From Amphiura filiformis (lineage: Eukaryota), in the NCBI RefSeq assembly GCF_039555335.1, contig NC_092646.1, positions 58,138,946 to 58,202,945 on the forward strand: a stretch of DNA of 64,000 nt, written 5' to 3'. The position numbers and the translations under genes are program-made. Below, piece after piece: positions 48,525 through 62,636 of this stretch. Each line of letters starts with the position of its first letter. Positions within the stretch are counted from its first letter, which is position 1. A model generated the notes under the pieces. It had not been told where the DNA came from. It did not search any database and saw only the letters and a program-made list of their open reading frames with translations.

Positions 48525-50430
48525 AAATAAACTTCTCTTATCTTCCAAAAACTCACAAATGTTTTACTGATTTAATATTCCAAACACTTTGTGTTCTTTT
48601 CAAACTGAATAATCTATCTCAAGCTGAATATCTCAAACTGAATATTCTTTTATAAGCAAACACAGTAAAATTTATTATATACTACAAATTATTCTTCAAT
48701 TTGGAATCATGTTCAAACTTTTTTGTAAGACCACTTAACCATTTAACAATTTAAAAATACATCATAACACTATCTTTGTACTCAAAGTTTGTACTACTTC
48801 TTGTTGGCTCACATTATTCTCATACCCAAATACAGAAGTAAAACAACACATATGTGAGTGATTTGAATACCCTGGGTATGATGCAACATAATCATGATAT
48901 AAATGAAGTAAAACGCTTAAAATTAGACCAAAACCATACTTCTGTGTGCTTATACTCAGCACTCTATATTTTATTATTTTTGATTCAGTATTACCTGGTA
49001 ACCCACAATCCGATTCATCAACAGCCAGCACGTTTCTACTGATGCTTAAAATAAGGGTTGTGGTGTGTACTGCAAATGCTTTCTTTGCATAACCCCCAAC
49101 TGCTTTTAAGGTGTATGATGGGATACATAAAATGTACATAAATAAAAGAAAACACCCAGCAACCGTTAACCATTGTGTTTCTACTGGCATCACGGCTTGG
49201 GCTGCAAAGTGCCAACACCGTATCGCTCCAAACTGATGCGTTTCCACTGAGCACATTAACCGGTAACTAAACCACATCAGCCGCCAACCTTTCACCAGTA
49301 GAAACATGCAGCTTGTTTTCTGAAATACCATTATGCAGCAGCATAGGAGGCTTTAAAGTGTCAATATTGGTAGCATATCATGTGATATTTACTGCATATG
49401 GTGTTCTTTTTTACTGGTGGGTGGGGTGGGGAAGTCAACTCCTTAAACTGCCACCAACCCCCTCAGATGTATTTCCTGATATATTTCTTTATTCTACTAT
49501 TCTTTACTCTCCCAACACAGGGGGTGGGGAGATTTTGGTAGGGGTGTATGGCGCAGAGTGCCTAACTAAGAACTGATTTCGGGCAAAATAGGGGTTTGAG
49601 GAACTGAAATTATGGGCAAATTATAGGTTGTGGAGTCAAAAATTTCCCATTTTTTTCTTCAAATTTCAGCTTAAAGAGCTACAATTGTCAGAGTTTGTGG
49701 CTCAAAGATATTGTATGAAATGTTTTTTGTATAATCGGGTCAAAAATCATTACATTACCCAAGGACCAACAGGGTCTAACTTAAAGCTCACATCAGCTTA
49801 TGCATAATGTCACTTGCACCCTGGGTATGAGAATACCAGTCAACTGAAAATCACACACCTGTAGCGACTCTCTATAAAGTTTTCTTTCTTTTTATGTAAC
49901 ATATTTTACACTTTCAATGTACATTCATTTTAACTAAACACTGTCATATAAATAAGTTAATGGTTTTTTTTAGAAAACAACAATTATTTACATATATGCA
50001 ACATTTATGTAACATGTACATTGTCTTTATCTTAAATAATAAATAATACAGGTTTGCCTTAATATCTGGTAACAGTGTGTAAACTCAATAACCCTGACAA
50101 TTATTCATATTAAACTACATGTAGTTTTTACAACTCATTTCAGATAAAAGTGAATGCAAACTTACTATAAGTAATACTAGAAAACAATACTAGAAAACCA
50201 TAATAAAGCGTAAAACTGTATTATTTGAAAAAGAACATTATAAATATAAACGTTATTCACTTATGCAGACTACCCAATTACCAAATCTTCCTTAAGTTTT
50301 TAGCACAACTGATTAAAGTTTTTGAAACAAATTAACGAGTAAAAAATATATGAATATAATTATCAACTTCAATGTGTTACCCTATAGTCCATATTTGTTG
50401 GCACTATTATGCAATTCTAAACTTCTATTT

Positions 50431-51290
50431 GCCATTCTATTTGAAATCCATACATCCCTATGGAAGACATGGCCTTAAAGGCCCATTCAGTGATTTGCTC
50501 ATCCGGACGATCGTAAAAATCATCAAAATTCAGATTTTGGTACCTTTGTAATTGGCATAGATGTGCTAACATAGCCTGCTAGTGGTTCGATTCGAAAACC
50601 GTGTATTTTAGACAAAATAAAGCATTTGCATGATTCTGGACTTTTGATACTGACAGTACAAAAGTCCGACTCGAGATCGAAAGAAGCTCACTCTACACCG
50701 TACCAACACGCGTTGCGTATTGTTTCTACTACTTATTACATCAGTAGCTACTATTTTAAACAAAATACACAATTTTAACTGTTTTTCATATTTGAATTGA
50801 CCGTTAGTTTGCCTCGGTGACCTTTAATTGCTTACTTTGTTTTCTACTACAAAAATTAAGCGTCTGTTTTAAATCAATTTAGACTCTACTTCCCCGTGTT
50901 AGAAACACTGGACTAGGAAGTTTTTCCAGTCGATTAAGTGGCGCACTGTACGAAAATCTCGATCTTCACGAGTCGATCTGAGTTGAGGGAGAAAAACTTT
51001 CTAAAACTTCTGTTTTTGACTAATTTGTCGATGTATTCAGGGGAAAAGTGGTTTAATGAAATTCTGTAGACTTATTCTTTGTTTCTAAGCAACTCTGACA
51101 AATTTCCATTTTTTTTAATGTTCCTGTGAAATCACTGAAAGGGCCTTTAATCTTGCACACAGGGAGTGTAGATTTCAAACGGAGTCATCCATTCAGGTAA
51201 CCCAATTTGAAATTCACACTCCTGTGTATAAGATTCAGGTCATGTCTTCCATAGGGGTGTATGGATTTCAACAGGAATCGCCTATTCTAT
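50431..51290. mobile_element. Family-D MITE, copy D5, split into 50431-50478 and 51148-51290 by a nested insertion.
   Basis: The left part ends ...gacatggccTTAA and the right part resumes TTAAtcttgcacacagggagtgtagatttc. The intact family sequence has a single ttaa at this point. Confidence 0.75.
50479..51147. mobile_element. Non-autonomous DNA transposon of 669 bp with 19-bp TIRs (aggcccattcagtgatttc / gaaatcactgaaagggcct), flanked by a TTAA target-site duplication. This is compatible with the piggyBac superfamily or another TTAA-specific one.
   Basis: TIRs and TTAA flanks read directly. A homologous 5' fragment lies at 19124-19250. Confidence 0.7.
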
Positions 51291-52994
51291 GATCTAATGA
51301 TAGTACTGTAAAGCAGGATATTATAGTGAGATTTTTTTTGCAATTTTAACTTTTCTTAACAGTTTACGGTTCTAAACAGTTTAACTGTTCTAAACAGTAA
51401 ACAGTTACGGTGTCTATGATTCCCATTTTCAAACAGCTACGCATTAAACGTGCGAGTCCAGATATATTTTTGCTGGTTTTTGAATTAATGGTTCTAAAAT
51501 CATCGTAACCACTTGGGAAGCCCACCCTCTAGATAAGCAATTTTATTCCAAAACTGGGGGTGGATTTATAATTAGGGAGGAGCTAGTGCTTGAATTTAAA
51601 AACAATCTTCTTAATTTGCATAACAGTCTTACAGATCAGATGTACTGGAAATTTCAATCATCTGTCAATGTTTTTAAGTATGGAATGTCAATTTTTAACG
51701 GATATTTTTTACAGTTGTTCATAAACATGAGAGCAAAGCTATGATTTGATTAAAGAATTTGGGCAAAATCACTACTGGGCTTAAAAGCTATAAACCACTT
51801 GGCATGTGACGTCATTGCCCGGCAGTATGCGTGCGCATTATGACAATTTACATTGTTCTTTGCCCTGCATCATAGTCTGCTAAGGGCACGTGCATTTTAA
51901 ATCGCCCGCCACATTTCATACAGTACAAGAAAGCCATTGATCAGTGTAGTGGCTCGTTCGAGCATATCGCCTTTGTTGATAAACAGTGATGTCAAGTGGT
52001 CTATAGCCAAGTGCATTCTTTTTTTTCCAGATTGTCTTGAAAAATAGGGATGGGGTTATACCTGAATGTGGGCTAAAACCCGTGTGTTTACGGTAATCAT
52101 GAAAAACGCAAAAATAAACCTGCCTTATATACATCCCACTTTACAGTACATGTATGTCAGAAAAGATATCGAACCCTTCCCAGAATCCTTTGCAACATGA
52201 TGCATCACCTCATTACAGCAAATTCCACTAACTCCTATTACTTTGTACAGGTTCCCTTTGTTTTCATGCCGAGAATAGACTGGCTAAACATGGGTCGATA
52301 GTTTTGCAAGATCTTGATGTGCACTGTTCATGTGTTGCTATCGACCCATGTTAGAATGGAAGAAATACATTGTGGGAAGTGTAAGATATATTTTCTGACA
52401 GTGCATCAACTTAAATAAACTAACCTAATCATATCTTTGGCATTATTATGTAATTCTAAGCTTCTATGCTATACTAATTTGCCATAAAATCTATTCTAAA
52501 ATAAACCATTACATTGCTTGATTTCATATATTATACATACATGTATAAAGACTTATCAATATCAAATATGGAAATAAAATCAAACGATTGCTTCAATCAA
52601 AATTTATCTTCAAAAAAACTTCCAAATTCTCAAACTTGTTGCGCTATGACGGTCCTTGTAGCCTTTTCCATTCGTTTATACTGCAAGTCAAGTTACCTTG
52701 CTTGCATGTGGCTGTGGCTATTCTATTTAAATCCACTCTACCCTATGGAAAATGTCACCTTTCTTGAAACTAAATGGTCAACCCATGTGAATTATTTTGT
52801 GCGATTTATATCAAAAACTTAAAATTCACCTGAAAACAGTGCAAAACATTAAAATGCAGTTGAATTTAACTCAATTTGGGCCATGTTTAGGCAATTTTGT
52901 TTGATTTCCAACACTTTTTCCAGTCTTTGGATGCAAAGTGCTGAATCTGGAATGGCTCTAACTATTTATTTTGGTTGGAATTCAAAAATATTTC

Positions 52995-53187
52995 CTCAAG
53001 GGGGTTTGGTTTTCAAATGGAATAGTCTATTGGGCTATTCCAGTTGAAATCAATACACCCCCTGTAGACTGTAGATTTCAAATGGAGTCATCCATTCAGG
53101 TAACCCCATTTAAAATTCACACTCCCTGTGTGGGAGATTAAGGTTGTGTCTTCCATAGGGGGGGTGAGTTTCAACTGGAATAGCCCA
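52995..53187. mobile_element. Family-D MITE, copy D6, with an internal deletion.
   Basis: Consensus match. Confidence 0.7.
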
Positions 53188-53218
53188 CTTGTTTAACTTA
53201 TTCTACAACTGCCTGTTT

Positions 53219-53557
53219 AAAGGAGTATTTCGTGATCCTTGCATCCTCTTTTTATGACATTTTTCAGTAGATATCCACGAAAAAAGCTTATTCCCAAAAT
53301 TTCAGTTGATCCCGATTTTGCGTTTGCGAGTTATGCATGATTATGTGTATTACACTGCTCCATAGACAATGTGTTGTAATTTCGTTCTGGTGCACCAGAA
53401 CGAAATTCAAATTTAGCGATATTTTTGCTCAACTAATTAATCTGCAAGAAATTTTGGTACATAAACATGTAGCCAGAGGTAGCCAGTGGTATAAAAATCT
53501 CAACTTTTTTTGAGAAATATGGGGGGATGAGGCTGTGGATCACGAAATGCCCTTTTA
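53219..53557. mobile_element. Family-F MITE, copy 2 (full length).
   Basis: About 88% identity to 30238-30578. Confidence 0.7.
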
Positions 53558-53847
53558 ATAATGAAAAATAAACACACACACACACAAAAATCCCCAAAAA
53601 CACCCCACTACACTAATAATAATTATACAATGCCTTTGAAAGAACACAAAATGCAATTTAAATATCGCCATTGTTTGCACTAATTAAGAACTGTTTTTGA
53701 TAAAACTAATAATAAGCTAACAATATTGATAAGTCTTGCAATAATTATTGGATTTTCATCAAACAAACACAATCATTTATTCCTGAGCTACAAAGGTAAT
53801 AATAATATACTAATCATGGGAAGTACTGGTCAGTCAAAATGCTATCG

Positions 53848-54030
53848 GTTATTCTAGTTGAAATACTTACAACCCCTGTGGAAGACATGACCTTAATCTT
53901 CCACACAGGGAGTGTGAATTTCAAATATTCAAATACTTGAATGGCGACTCCATTTGAAATCTCCACCCCCTGTGTGTGCAATTAAAGTCATATCTTCCTC
54001 AAGGGGTGCAAGGATTTCAACTAGAATAAC
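53848..54030. mobile_element. Family-D MITE, copy D7.
   Basis: Consensus match. Confidence 0.75.
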
Positions 54031-55845
54031 CTAACCTTTGTACTTGTGTGTCTTCTTTTGTTTATTAGTTTGTTTGTTTGGATGAATGAAAATGAGTTAT
54101 TGTTTTATAATCATTCAATCTCATGAAATATGTAGCTAAAATGCAGACTTTTACTTATGAACATCTACAAGTTCAAGTGCGAAGGTCAACTCATCGAAAT
54201 TTTTCCCAACTACATTGTTGGTATCAGCACAAATTTAAGGTCAACATAATTGCACATCAAACTTAGGTCAAAGGTCAGTTTGGTAATTTGCATATATTTC
54301 GGTTAAACAAATGAAACAAGGACCTCCGTATCTATTCAGCGGCTTTCAGTCGCAAGTAAAGCTGACCAAAAATGAGCATGATGCATATGAAGTTGCCAAT
54401 ATTGAAGAGAATGCTTTCACTTCTCAGCATGCTGAAATTGCGTGCAAAATGTGTCCAATGTTTCTGATGCTAAAGCAGACCTAGTACTAAGTCATCAGCC
54501 ACTTGGCAATATAAATACATAAGGGCACATAGGTCGAAGGTCATTAGTTGACAGAAATATACCAGGTCAAAGGTCATTAGGTGACAGAAATATGGTCAAA
54601 GTTTATTTCATTAAGATTCATAACATACAACCTCTGTTGAATAACAAAATGTTATTTTTGTGAAATTTCCATTTTCTTCAGAAAAATAATTTGAGGATCA
54701 AAGTGTCAGGTTTTTGGGTAAAAATATGTTGCTGTTTTTATTTTCCAAACTGAGCATTTCTGCCCAAATTTGAACTCACAGATGGATTTGTCAAAACGTT
54801 GCAATGACAGTTTGTTACGCTTCCAAACTGATGAAACAATAAGACAGAATTGTCTGTCAAAATGTAATATATAAACATGTGTGTCCATCTACATGTAACT
54901 CTTTAAAATGTAAAATACACTCTTTTATGGATTGTCTATATGCAATGATCATGCCAATGGAGTAACGCTGTACTCTTTTTGAGAGTGAATTGCTGTCTTG
55001 TTTACTCTTTCCAAAGTGAAATTTACTCAAATGTCATTCCATCAGGCAATTGTTTTATTAAAGTGAAATTATTTCTTTTCACTATTTTACATTTAGTGAG
55101 TAGCACATACCGTATTTAAATCAAATAGTCGCCCCCCCCCTCAAATAAACGCCCCCACCACTTTTTTCAACCAAGATGTTTCAAAAATGCCGATATTTCC
55201 ATGCTATCTTGTGTAGTAAGCTTACCAAGTTGCGCACATGGTCCATAATAGCGTCAATAATTGGCGAAAATCTGGATCAGAAACCCGGAAGTGAGCCAGA
55301 AGTCAGTGTTTCTAGTTCATAGTTCGTCATTTTAGCGTGTGTTTTTAGTTTACCTAATGATTTTAACGGGAATTATTGTTCTAAAATTGACCTTGAATAA
55401 ACGCCCCCCCCCCCCTTGGGAAAATGTAACGCCCCGGGGCGTTTATTTGACGAAATACGGTAACTTATTTGTGGACATTGCTTTTAGAAAAGAAATCTAT
55501 TTCAGTTGGTTTCCTAAATCTATATTTGTAATATCAACTATATATTGTACACTCTTATCAAGGCATCATCAGGGCACATCACACTCGTTTTATGTCTAAA
55601 TTGGTTCTAGTTTATGGCAAAATAACGTACATTACAAAGCACATTTGGCTATTAATTTTCAACCTCTCTTATGTACTTGTGTCACCCTCATTGCCAAATC
55701 AAGCAATTATCGCAGGGCGAGTGAAGAAGTCCTATCTGTGATAGCTGCCATATAGACATTTGATAATTTCTGCATTTTGTATTGTACACATCAGAAAATA
55801 TGACACCTGGCAGCTATTTGAGATTTCAACACTAACCCTCCAATT

Positions 55846-56120
55846 GGCTGTTCCATATAAAATCCACACTCCCCCTGTGGAAGATTTTGGAAATATCTTC
55901 CACAGGGGGAGTATGAATTTCAAATGGAATGAGCACATTAGGCAGCTCCATTTAAATTTCATACACCCTCTGAGAAAGATTCAACCTGAATCTTCCCGAG
56001 GGAGAGGAGTTTCAAATGGAGCTACTAATGTGTTAATTCCATTTGATATTCATACTCCCTCTGTGGAAGATATTTCCAAAATCTTCCACAGGGGGAGTAT
56101 GGATTTCAACTTGAATAGCC
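55846..56120. mobile_element. Family-D MITE, copy D8, with ~1.5 units.
   Basis: Consensus match. ORF 55760-56128 is a read-through. Confidence 0.75.
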
Positions 56121-56277
56121 CAATATGACCAGTGATGATTAGAAAGCAGCAGTGACGATGGGCATCCCCGGAAAATTCCAACCACATAACTTAAGAAATG
56201 GGCTATTCCAGTTGATTGCCAAATTCAAATCACTGGAAAGACACAGTACACTGCTCGTTATGTGTAAATTTAAGAAA

Positions 56278-56372
56278 TGGCTATTCCAGTTGAAATCCAT
56301 ACACCCCTTATGGAAGCCTTAATCTTCCACACAGGGGGTGTACATTTTAAATGGGGTCACCCATCACTGGAA
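56278..56372. mobile_element. Family-D MITE, partial copy D9.
   Basis: Consensus match. Confidence 0.6.
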
Positions 56373-56413
56373 AGACACATTACACTGCTCTTTTTGTGTA
56401 AAATTTAAGAAAT

Positions 56414-56600
56414 GGGCTAGTCCAGTTGAAACTATACACCCCCTATGGAAGACAAGACCTTAATCTCCCAGACAGGGGTTGTATACTTCAAATGGAGTCG
56501 CCCATTCAGGTAACTCACTTTGACATACATAATCCCTGTAGGAATGAATATAAGGGCAAACCTTCCACAGGGGGTGTATGGATTTCAAATGTAAGAGCAC
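56414..56600. mobile_element. Family-D MITE, copy D10.
   Basis: Consensus match. Confidence 0.75.
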
Positions 56601-57739
56601 AATTTGCCCCTTCTTTTTCACTGCTAGTATTCTGCTCAACCCCTGCATTCTTTTCATCCAAAAGATTACACTACTACAAACCAAGGAACAAGCTATGTAT
56701 TGGTATTTAGAAGATTTGGAACTCTTTAAAATTTAGAAAAAGTACTGTGAAGAAATGTACTACTAATTTTTTAGTGTAGGAATGACATAAAATTGAAAAG
56801 TGAATAATCTTGGATGCAAAAGGAGTACTGACATTGTTGACTATATTTTTAATTGAAAACGTGATGTACTTTTCTACTAAAAGCTGTGACAGTTAATAAA
56901 ATTTACCAAAGATGATATTCTCAAAGATTACCGACATAACATTGCACCATAAGTAACGCTGTGGCAAATTGGCTACCTTGGTTTGTCGCTCATATCAAAC
57001 GATAATTTGCATCTTTAGAAATAGCATGTAGAAGTGCTTGCGTGTATTTTTGGCACAACACGTTACATATAGAATGCAAATGACCACATATATTGAATCA
57101 AAAGTTTGCTGGGTGCTTAGCAAAATAGCCAGGTACATTAAATGGCCTCCATGAGTGACACACATAAACGAGGGAGTCGGTACTCTTTGATTCTACCTCC
57201 ATGAGTGACACACAAAAATGGGGGAGTCTGTACTCTTTTGATTCTACCTCATTGAGATTTAGAGAATTGGGAAATGGCAAGTGCTGTGAGAGCAAAAATA
57301 GCTTAATATATCTTCAATGTTCTGAAAATAGTATTTGAGCCTATATATATTTTGGAATAAAATGGTATCAAATTAATCTACATGAATATATACAGGGACA
57401 ATTTCTATGAAAGTGAGCTTGTTTGAGTTTTGAAAGAGGCCGTCAAATATAATAATTTAGACCAATGAAAGATGGTTATATTATCCAAAATAGAAGCAAC
57501 TTTGAAAAAAGATTTTATTCAAACTATTCAATTCAGTACTGTCACTCTTTTGTTGAAAATTCCAAGCATAAATATAAAATGCTGACCACCAAGCCCCTTC
57601 TTCATAAAAAGTTTGACTATATGAATTAAATCTGTGATAGTACTGTCTTTTTGATGAGTACTGTCATTTTGAAAAGACTTATGAAAGTATTTGATATTAA
57701 TAAACTTATGAAACAAGCCTAAAGATTGAGAAGGCCATT

Positions 57740-58096
57740 AAGGGGGTACTACACCCCTGCTCAATTTTTTGCCTATGTTTATGTTTTTCTCAAAAATTAT
57801 AGCGCATCGGTCATAAGTTAAGATATGTCTATTATAGGGGCAAGGACTACAACTACTGCACTGGAAATTGTATTTCAGCACAGACAACAGTTGTGGAGTT
57901 ACAGTCAAAAATGAGGGAACCCCCATATTTCATCAATAAATCAATAACTACTTGCCTTGAGTTGCTGAATTTTCAGTGCAGTATTTGTAGTCCTTGCCCC
58001 TATAATATAAATATCTAATTTGTTATCAATGCGCTATAATTTTTGAGAAAAATGCAAAAATAGGCACAAAATTGGCCAGGGGTGTAGTACCCCCTT
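57740..58096. mobile_element. MITE with 20-bp TIRs (aagggggtactacacccctg / caggggtgtagtaccccctt) and extensive internal self-complementarity.
   Basis: Direct reading. Confidence 0.8.
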
Positions 58097-58263
58097 AATC
58101 AATACCATTACTAGTTTAGCTTAAAATGCAAGTGGGGTAAAATAACATCAATATTTTACAAGAAATTTTGTTGATATTTGAATTTCCCTCTAACTAGTTT
58201 TGATCACAATGCTTCATCAATCATTTGGTTTATTCCTTTAGCTGTTAACGCCCTGAGCACTAC

Positions 58264-58460
58264 CTGCTGATCTAACATCGCCTCTGATTGGTCAATTACA
58301 TGATATCTTCACTTTAATCACCAATCAGAATGGAGCTTTGCAAATAATTCACCCCAATTTTTTTGTGTGGTGAAATTATTCTAACAATGTGGCTGATTGG
58401 TCCAATTGATAATGAAAACTCCTTTTTGACCAATAGGCAGGTAGTTCTCATAGGGTTAAG
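58264..58460. mobile_element. Family-E repeat, copy 3.
   Basis: See 42682. Confidence 0.7.
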
Positions 58461-59240
58461 ATATTTAAGTCAACCAAATATGACAAGGCTTTAGTAGTCA
58501 TACAGTGATATTGAGTCATATATTAAGGTCCCCTCTCATAATAACCATGGTAACCAAGTCCCAATGTCCCATCTTCAGATAATACTGGGGTAGTGCAGTT
58601 TTTCTGTCCAGTCAAGTCTAATAAAAGTGAAGTCACAGGATTGTAAAGTTTTAAAGAAAATCTTCATACATATTTTGTTTCCACTACTAGAAGAAAATGA
58701 ATATACACATTTCTTTTGACAAAATGTGAGCAACCTGATCAGAAGGCTGTCTGCTCCGAGTCCAAGTCTCATTCTTACCTACTGAGCCAATAATCAAGGA
58801 AGAGTTTTCTGAAGTCTTTTGATCAGATATATATATAACAAGAGAATAAAAAAAAATGTATGGCACACTAGCCCATTTTAACACAATATTATAATAGAAA
58901 GATTACATGCATATGCAGATATAAAGCCAGAGGAAAGAAACCTGCCTGTGCAGGCAATTTGAACCCAGTGCCGGATTTACCACTGGGCCAGATGGGCCCG
59001 GGCCCAAGGCCCCCTAATTGCCATGTGCATGTTCCTTTTTAGCCCCACAACACCATAGCTGAGTCATTGCATTGTTCTGAGCCATACTCCGCATGTGTAA
59101 ATCCTGTTGAGTTAGTCTCAAACTATGTGTCCTGAGTAAGTTGCAAGTTGAGTCAATTTGTCCAGTCATATAATCATTTATTTATCAGTATCAATCATTA
59201 ACAAAATTTAGTTGAGTCATTGTATTCGACGATCGCACGG

Positions 59241-59425
59241 CCATCTCAAAACGAGGTTCTACCCGCAAAGTGCTGCGTATAGCGTGTGCCTGTCAAACGC
59301 ATGCTTTAAATGCTGTGTACGCTTTGAAAAAGCCTTCTGGCTCATTTCTAGAAAAGTGTGAGAAACAAAAATGCACTTTTTGCGCATGCGTTTGCAGGTA
59401 GAACCTCGTTTTGGTAGCAAGATGG
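59241..59425. mobile_element. MITE with ~29-bp TIRs (ccatctcaaaacgaggttctacccgcaaa / tttgcaggtagaacctcgttttggtagcaagatgg).
   Basis: Direct reading. Confidence 0.7.
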
Positions 59426-60184
59426 TGGATCCGTGCAAAGGGTGAATAGTGGTAACATAATATCTGAAACTGAGTCATACAAGTCATTACTGCACAGAAG
59501 TATGATTGCATTTCTCCTGAAGCACCACTTAAAAGTACCCTCTTTCAAGTTCACCTTATCCACCAATGTATTAAAAATATCACATAGCTTGTTCCTTGGT
59601 TTGGTATAATACTGATTGCTGAACATTTCTGATTTGTATATAGATATAATGTAAACTAGTATTCACACACATTTAATACCACAAGTTTTTGTCTTTTCAT
59701 TTACCAATCACGTATTTTTTTATGGTGGGGAGTCATCTTCATATTCCGGAAATTCATTATGCCATACTGAAATATGTATTATGTTCAGTTTCAAAAGTTA
59801 TATATTTATTCCAAAAAATGTATTTCCTTTTTTCTTTCTATAAAAAAAGGGGGAGGTTCTCTACATGAATGCAAGTACCATAAATTCGACTAATAAATGC
59901 CTGTTTTGCAAAGTTACTAGCCCTGGGCACATCAGTAGTTGTGACTAATTTGCATACTGCATGTTATGAGGAATATTATCTGATCTGATCTACTCAGGCC
60001 AAAGTCAGGAATTTTGTAGAATTAGTTTTTACCATTTCTAGCTTGCTCAGTGCCTTAGCCTACTGATATTGAAATGCCTAATGCTGGCTTCGAGACGCTT
60101 CATCATGCAGCTTGCACTGTTCAGCAACGCTCCAAAATGATATTGACTTGAATTCAATGCCCAGCGATGCTGGCGCTTGGGCAA

Positions 60185-60335
60185 AACGGTGAGGTAATCG
60201 ATATATCGGCTTGCCGCTGGTCACTGGCTAGCATTTCTGGTGCAACTGCGCAGTGAAGCAAAATCATCTTCAGAGCGGCAAAGTGGCAAGCAGCAGGAAA
60301 GTATGAAACCAGCGTAAGTCCCTGGCATATTTGAT
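60185..60335. repeat. Second copy of the 2845-3010 dispersed repeat.
   Basis: ggcaagcagcaggaaagtatgaaaccagcgtaagt. Confidence 0.5.
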
Positions 60336-60490
60336 TACAAAGTTATGAACTTTTAATATGTCCATTTTCATGTTTTTTTGTTATTATATGTTTTTGTTAA
60401 TTTTTGTTTTGTATTTTGGCGTAAATCTCAATTTCATTATTGCAGACTTTGGTTTGAAATTTAGATCAGATTATGTCACATATTACATTG

Positions 60491-60672
60491 CACTATTCCT
60501 GTTGAAATCCACACACCCCCTAGCTGTGGTAGACATGGCCTAAATCTCCCACACAGGGGGTGTAGATTTCAGATGAAGTCCCATTTAGGCAACCCCATAT
60601 GAAATTCACACTCCCTGTGAGGAAAATAAAATCCATGTCTTCCAAGAGGGTGTATTGATTTCAACTGGATTT
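60491..60672. mobile_element. Family-D MITE, copy D11.
   Basis: Consensus match. Confidence 0.75.
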
Positions 60673-60984
60673 GCCCATTATGATGGAAATAGATGCTGAT
60701 TTCATATCCATCTCTGACTCGATATTAACTAGAATACTGAAAATAATCAAAGTGCCTTTTTCTTTCTTCTAAGTATCTAAATATATACATGGGAAATACT
60801 GCCATCGATTAAGAAAATGGTTATGATATTATAATATATATAGTTACCAAACAGTTATTTGATGAATGGCTACTTATAATTATACTTCAAATATAGAAAA
60901 TAGAATTACAAATGAAAACTTCAATAATAACATAGCTATGCATAGTTGTCACTCTCAATCAGTTCAATACGTCTCCTTCTACAC

Positions 60985-61166
60985 TGGGCTGTACCAGTTT
61001 AAATACATACAACCTCTGTTGAAGACATGACGTCAATCTGCCACACAGGGGGTGTAGATTTCAAATGGAGTCACCCATTCAGGTAACCCCATTTGAAATT
61101 CATGCTGTGTGGGAGATTGAGGTTATGTCTTCCATAGGGAGTATGGATTTCAACTGGAATAGCACT
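60985..61166. mobile_element. Family-D MITE, copy D12.
   Basis: Consensus match. Confidence 0.75.
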
Positions 61167-62243
61167 ATGGCAACATGGGATGCAATTAAACAAAATAAGT
61201 CATTTCTCAAACAAAGTTTCATTTTTGTTTTCATTTATCATTGTCCAGTTTATTACAAGCAATAATATGCTGAAAATCCCTTCAAATTTATTTTCCTCTG
61301 AAAATATGATTACAGACATGAAAATTCCTTCATCCAGACTGGAAATTCAACATTTCAGGTAAGTCTTTAATTTGATTATTTGCTGAAAACAATCATATAT
61401 GAAACAATTGGACTACTTTTGAACACAACTGAGAGAAAATTTTTTAGTATTTCCTTCGACCAGTGGTCAACTTTTCAAGACTGTTGTCCGTCTCTTCTGT
61501 GTTTACACTTGTGTAAACGCTCGGCGCACAGCGCAGACCACAGAAGTAATAAAAAAATTATTTTCGACAAAAAACTTTGCACTGGTTTGATCTCCTCAAA
61601 CAAGCTGATGAGTCCATTCTTACTAAAATGGACTTTGATCAAAAGTCTTGTTCAGATTTTTTTAAAAGTATTTTTAATTGGTTTCAGCAAAATGATAATG
61701 AACAAATCTCAGGAAATCTGGTATATCCAATTTTTATGGGATTTTCAAAAAAATTTAGCATATGTGAAATGGACATGAATGTTATAAAAAATGTCATACT
61801 GGCTAGGTTGTGTCTGATACCCTCTGACATAGCCTAATACTAGCCCAGTGTGATACCTCAACGGCTAGCCCAATAGAGCAGATGCACAACAATTGCATCA
61901 CTATTTAGCAAACTGAGACATCCATTCAAATGAAAAATGCAACTTTTAAGTAAATACTGTCAGAAGGATTAGGGGGCTAAGGATTGATCCCTGTGGAACT
62001 GCAATTGCTTGAAATGACTTCTTTTGTTTAAATGCATCACATATCGGCATATAGGGTCACTTGGGGATATACATGAATTGTACACATTGCTTTATGATAA
62101 GAACACACACCTCACATACTAGTTATTAAGGAATCAAGTAACACAATATACGCTGGGTCTTAAATTGAATCCAATTGCTCCAAAGTTTCTGTTTTATGAC
62201 ACGTAGTCAACTGAATTTCGTAATGGGCTAATCAATTCTAAGC

Positions 62244-62636
62244 TATTACGCAATAAGAGGCGCCGCCAGCGGTTTGCGATGTAATCGTGATGTATCATGG
62301 GAAAAGGTCGACATCAAGTCCAGCATGTCAATCGAATATTACCATGCTATTACATAGGAACACGTGACAATATTTTTTAGTTTGGCAATATAACGGTATT
62401 ACACGCAAATCGATAGAGAAAAAAATAATTGTGCACATTTCAAATCACATTATTAAGTATTATTGAGTATCGATTCGCGTGTAACACCTTTATTTTGACA
62501 AACTAAAAAATATTGTCACGTGTTCCTATGTAATAGCATGGTAATATTCAGTATTATGCGGACTTGGATGTCGACCTTTTCCCATGATACATCACCATTA
62601 CACCGCAAACCGCTGGCGGCGCCCTTATTGCGAATA
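62244..62636. mobile_element. Fold-back element, ~390 bp, with a near-perfect hairpin whose axis is near 62440.
   Basis: tattacgcaataagaggcgccgccagcggtttgcgatgtaatcgtgatgtatcatgggaaaaggtcgacatc pairs with its reverse complement at 62565-62636. Confidence 0.75.

Noticed and set aside
48762-49331. The longest ORF in the window (189 aa, minus strand).
   Set aside because: It has Cys/Trp/Met-rich, low-complexity composition with no recognisable domain. There are no splice signals or partner exons, and it lies in an AT-rich MITE field. It is most likely a chance open frame, though not formally excluded.
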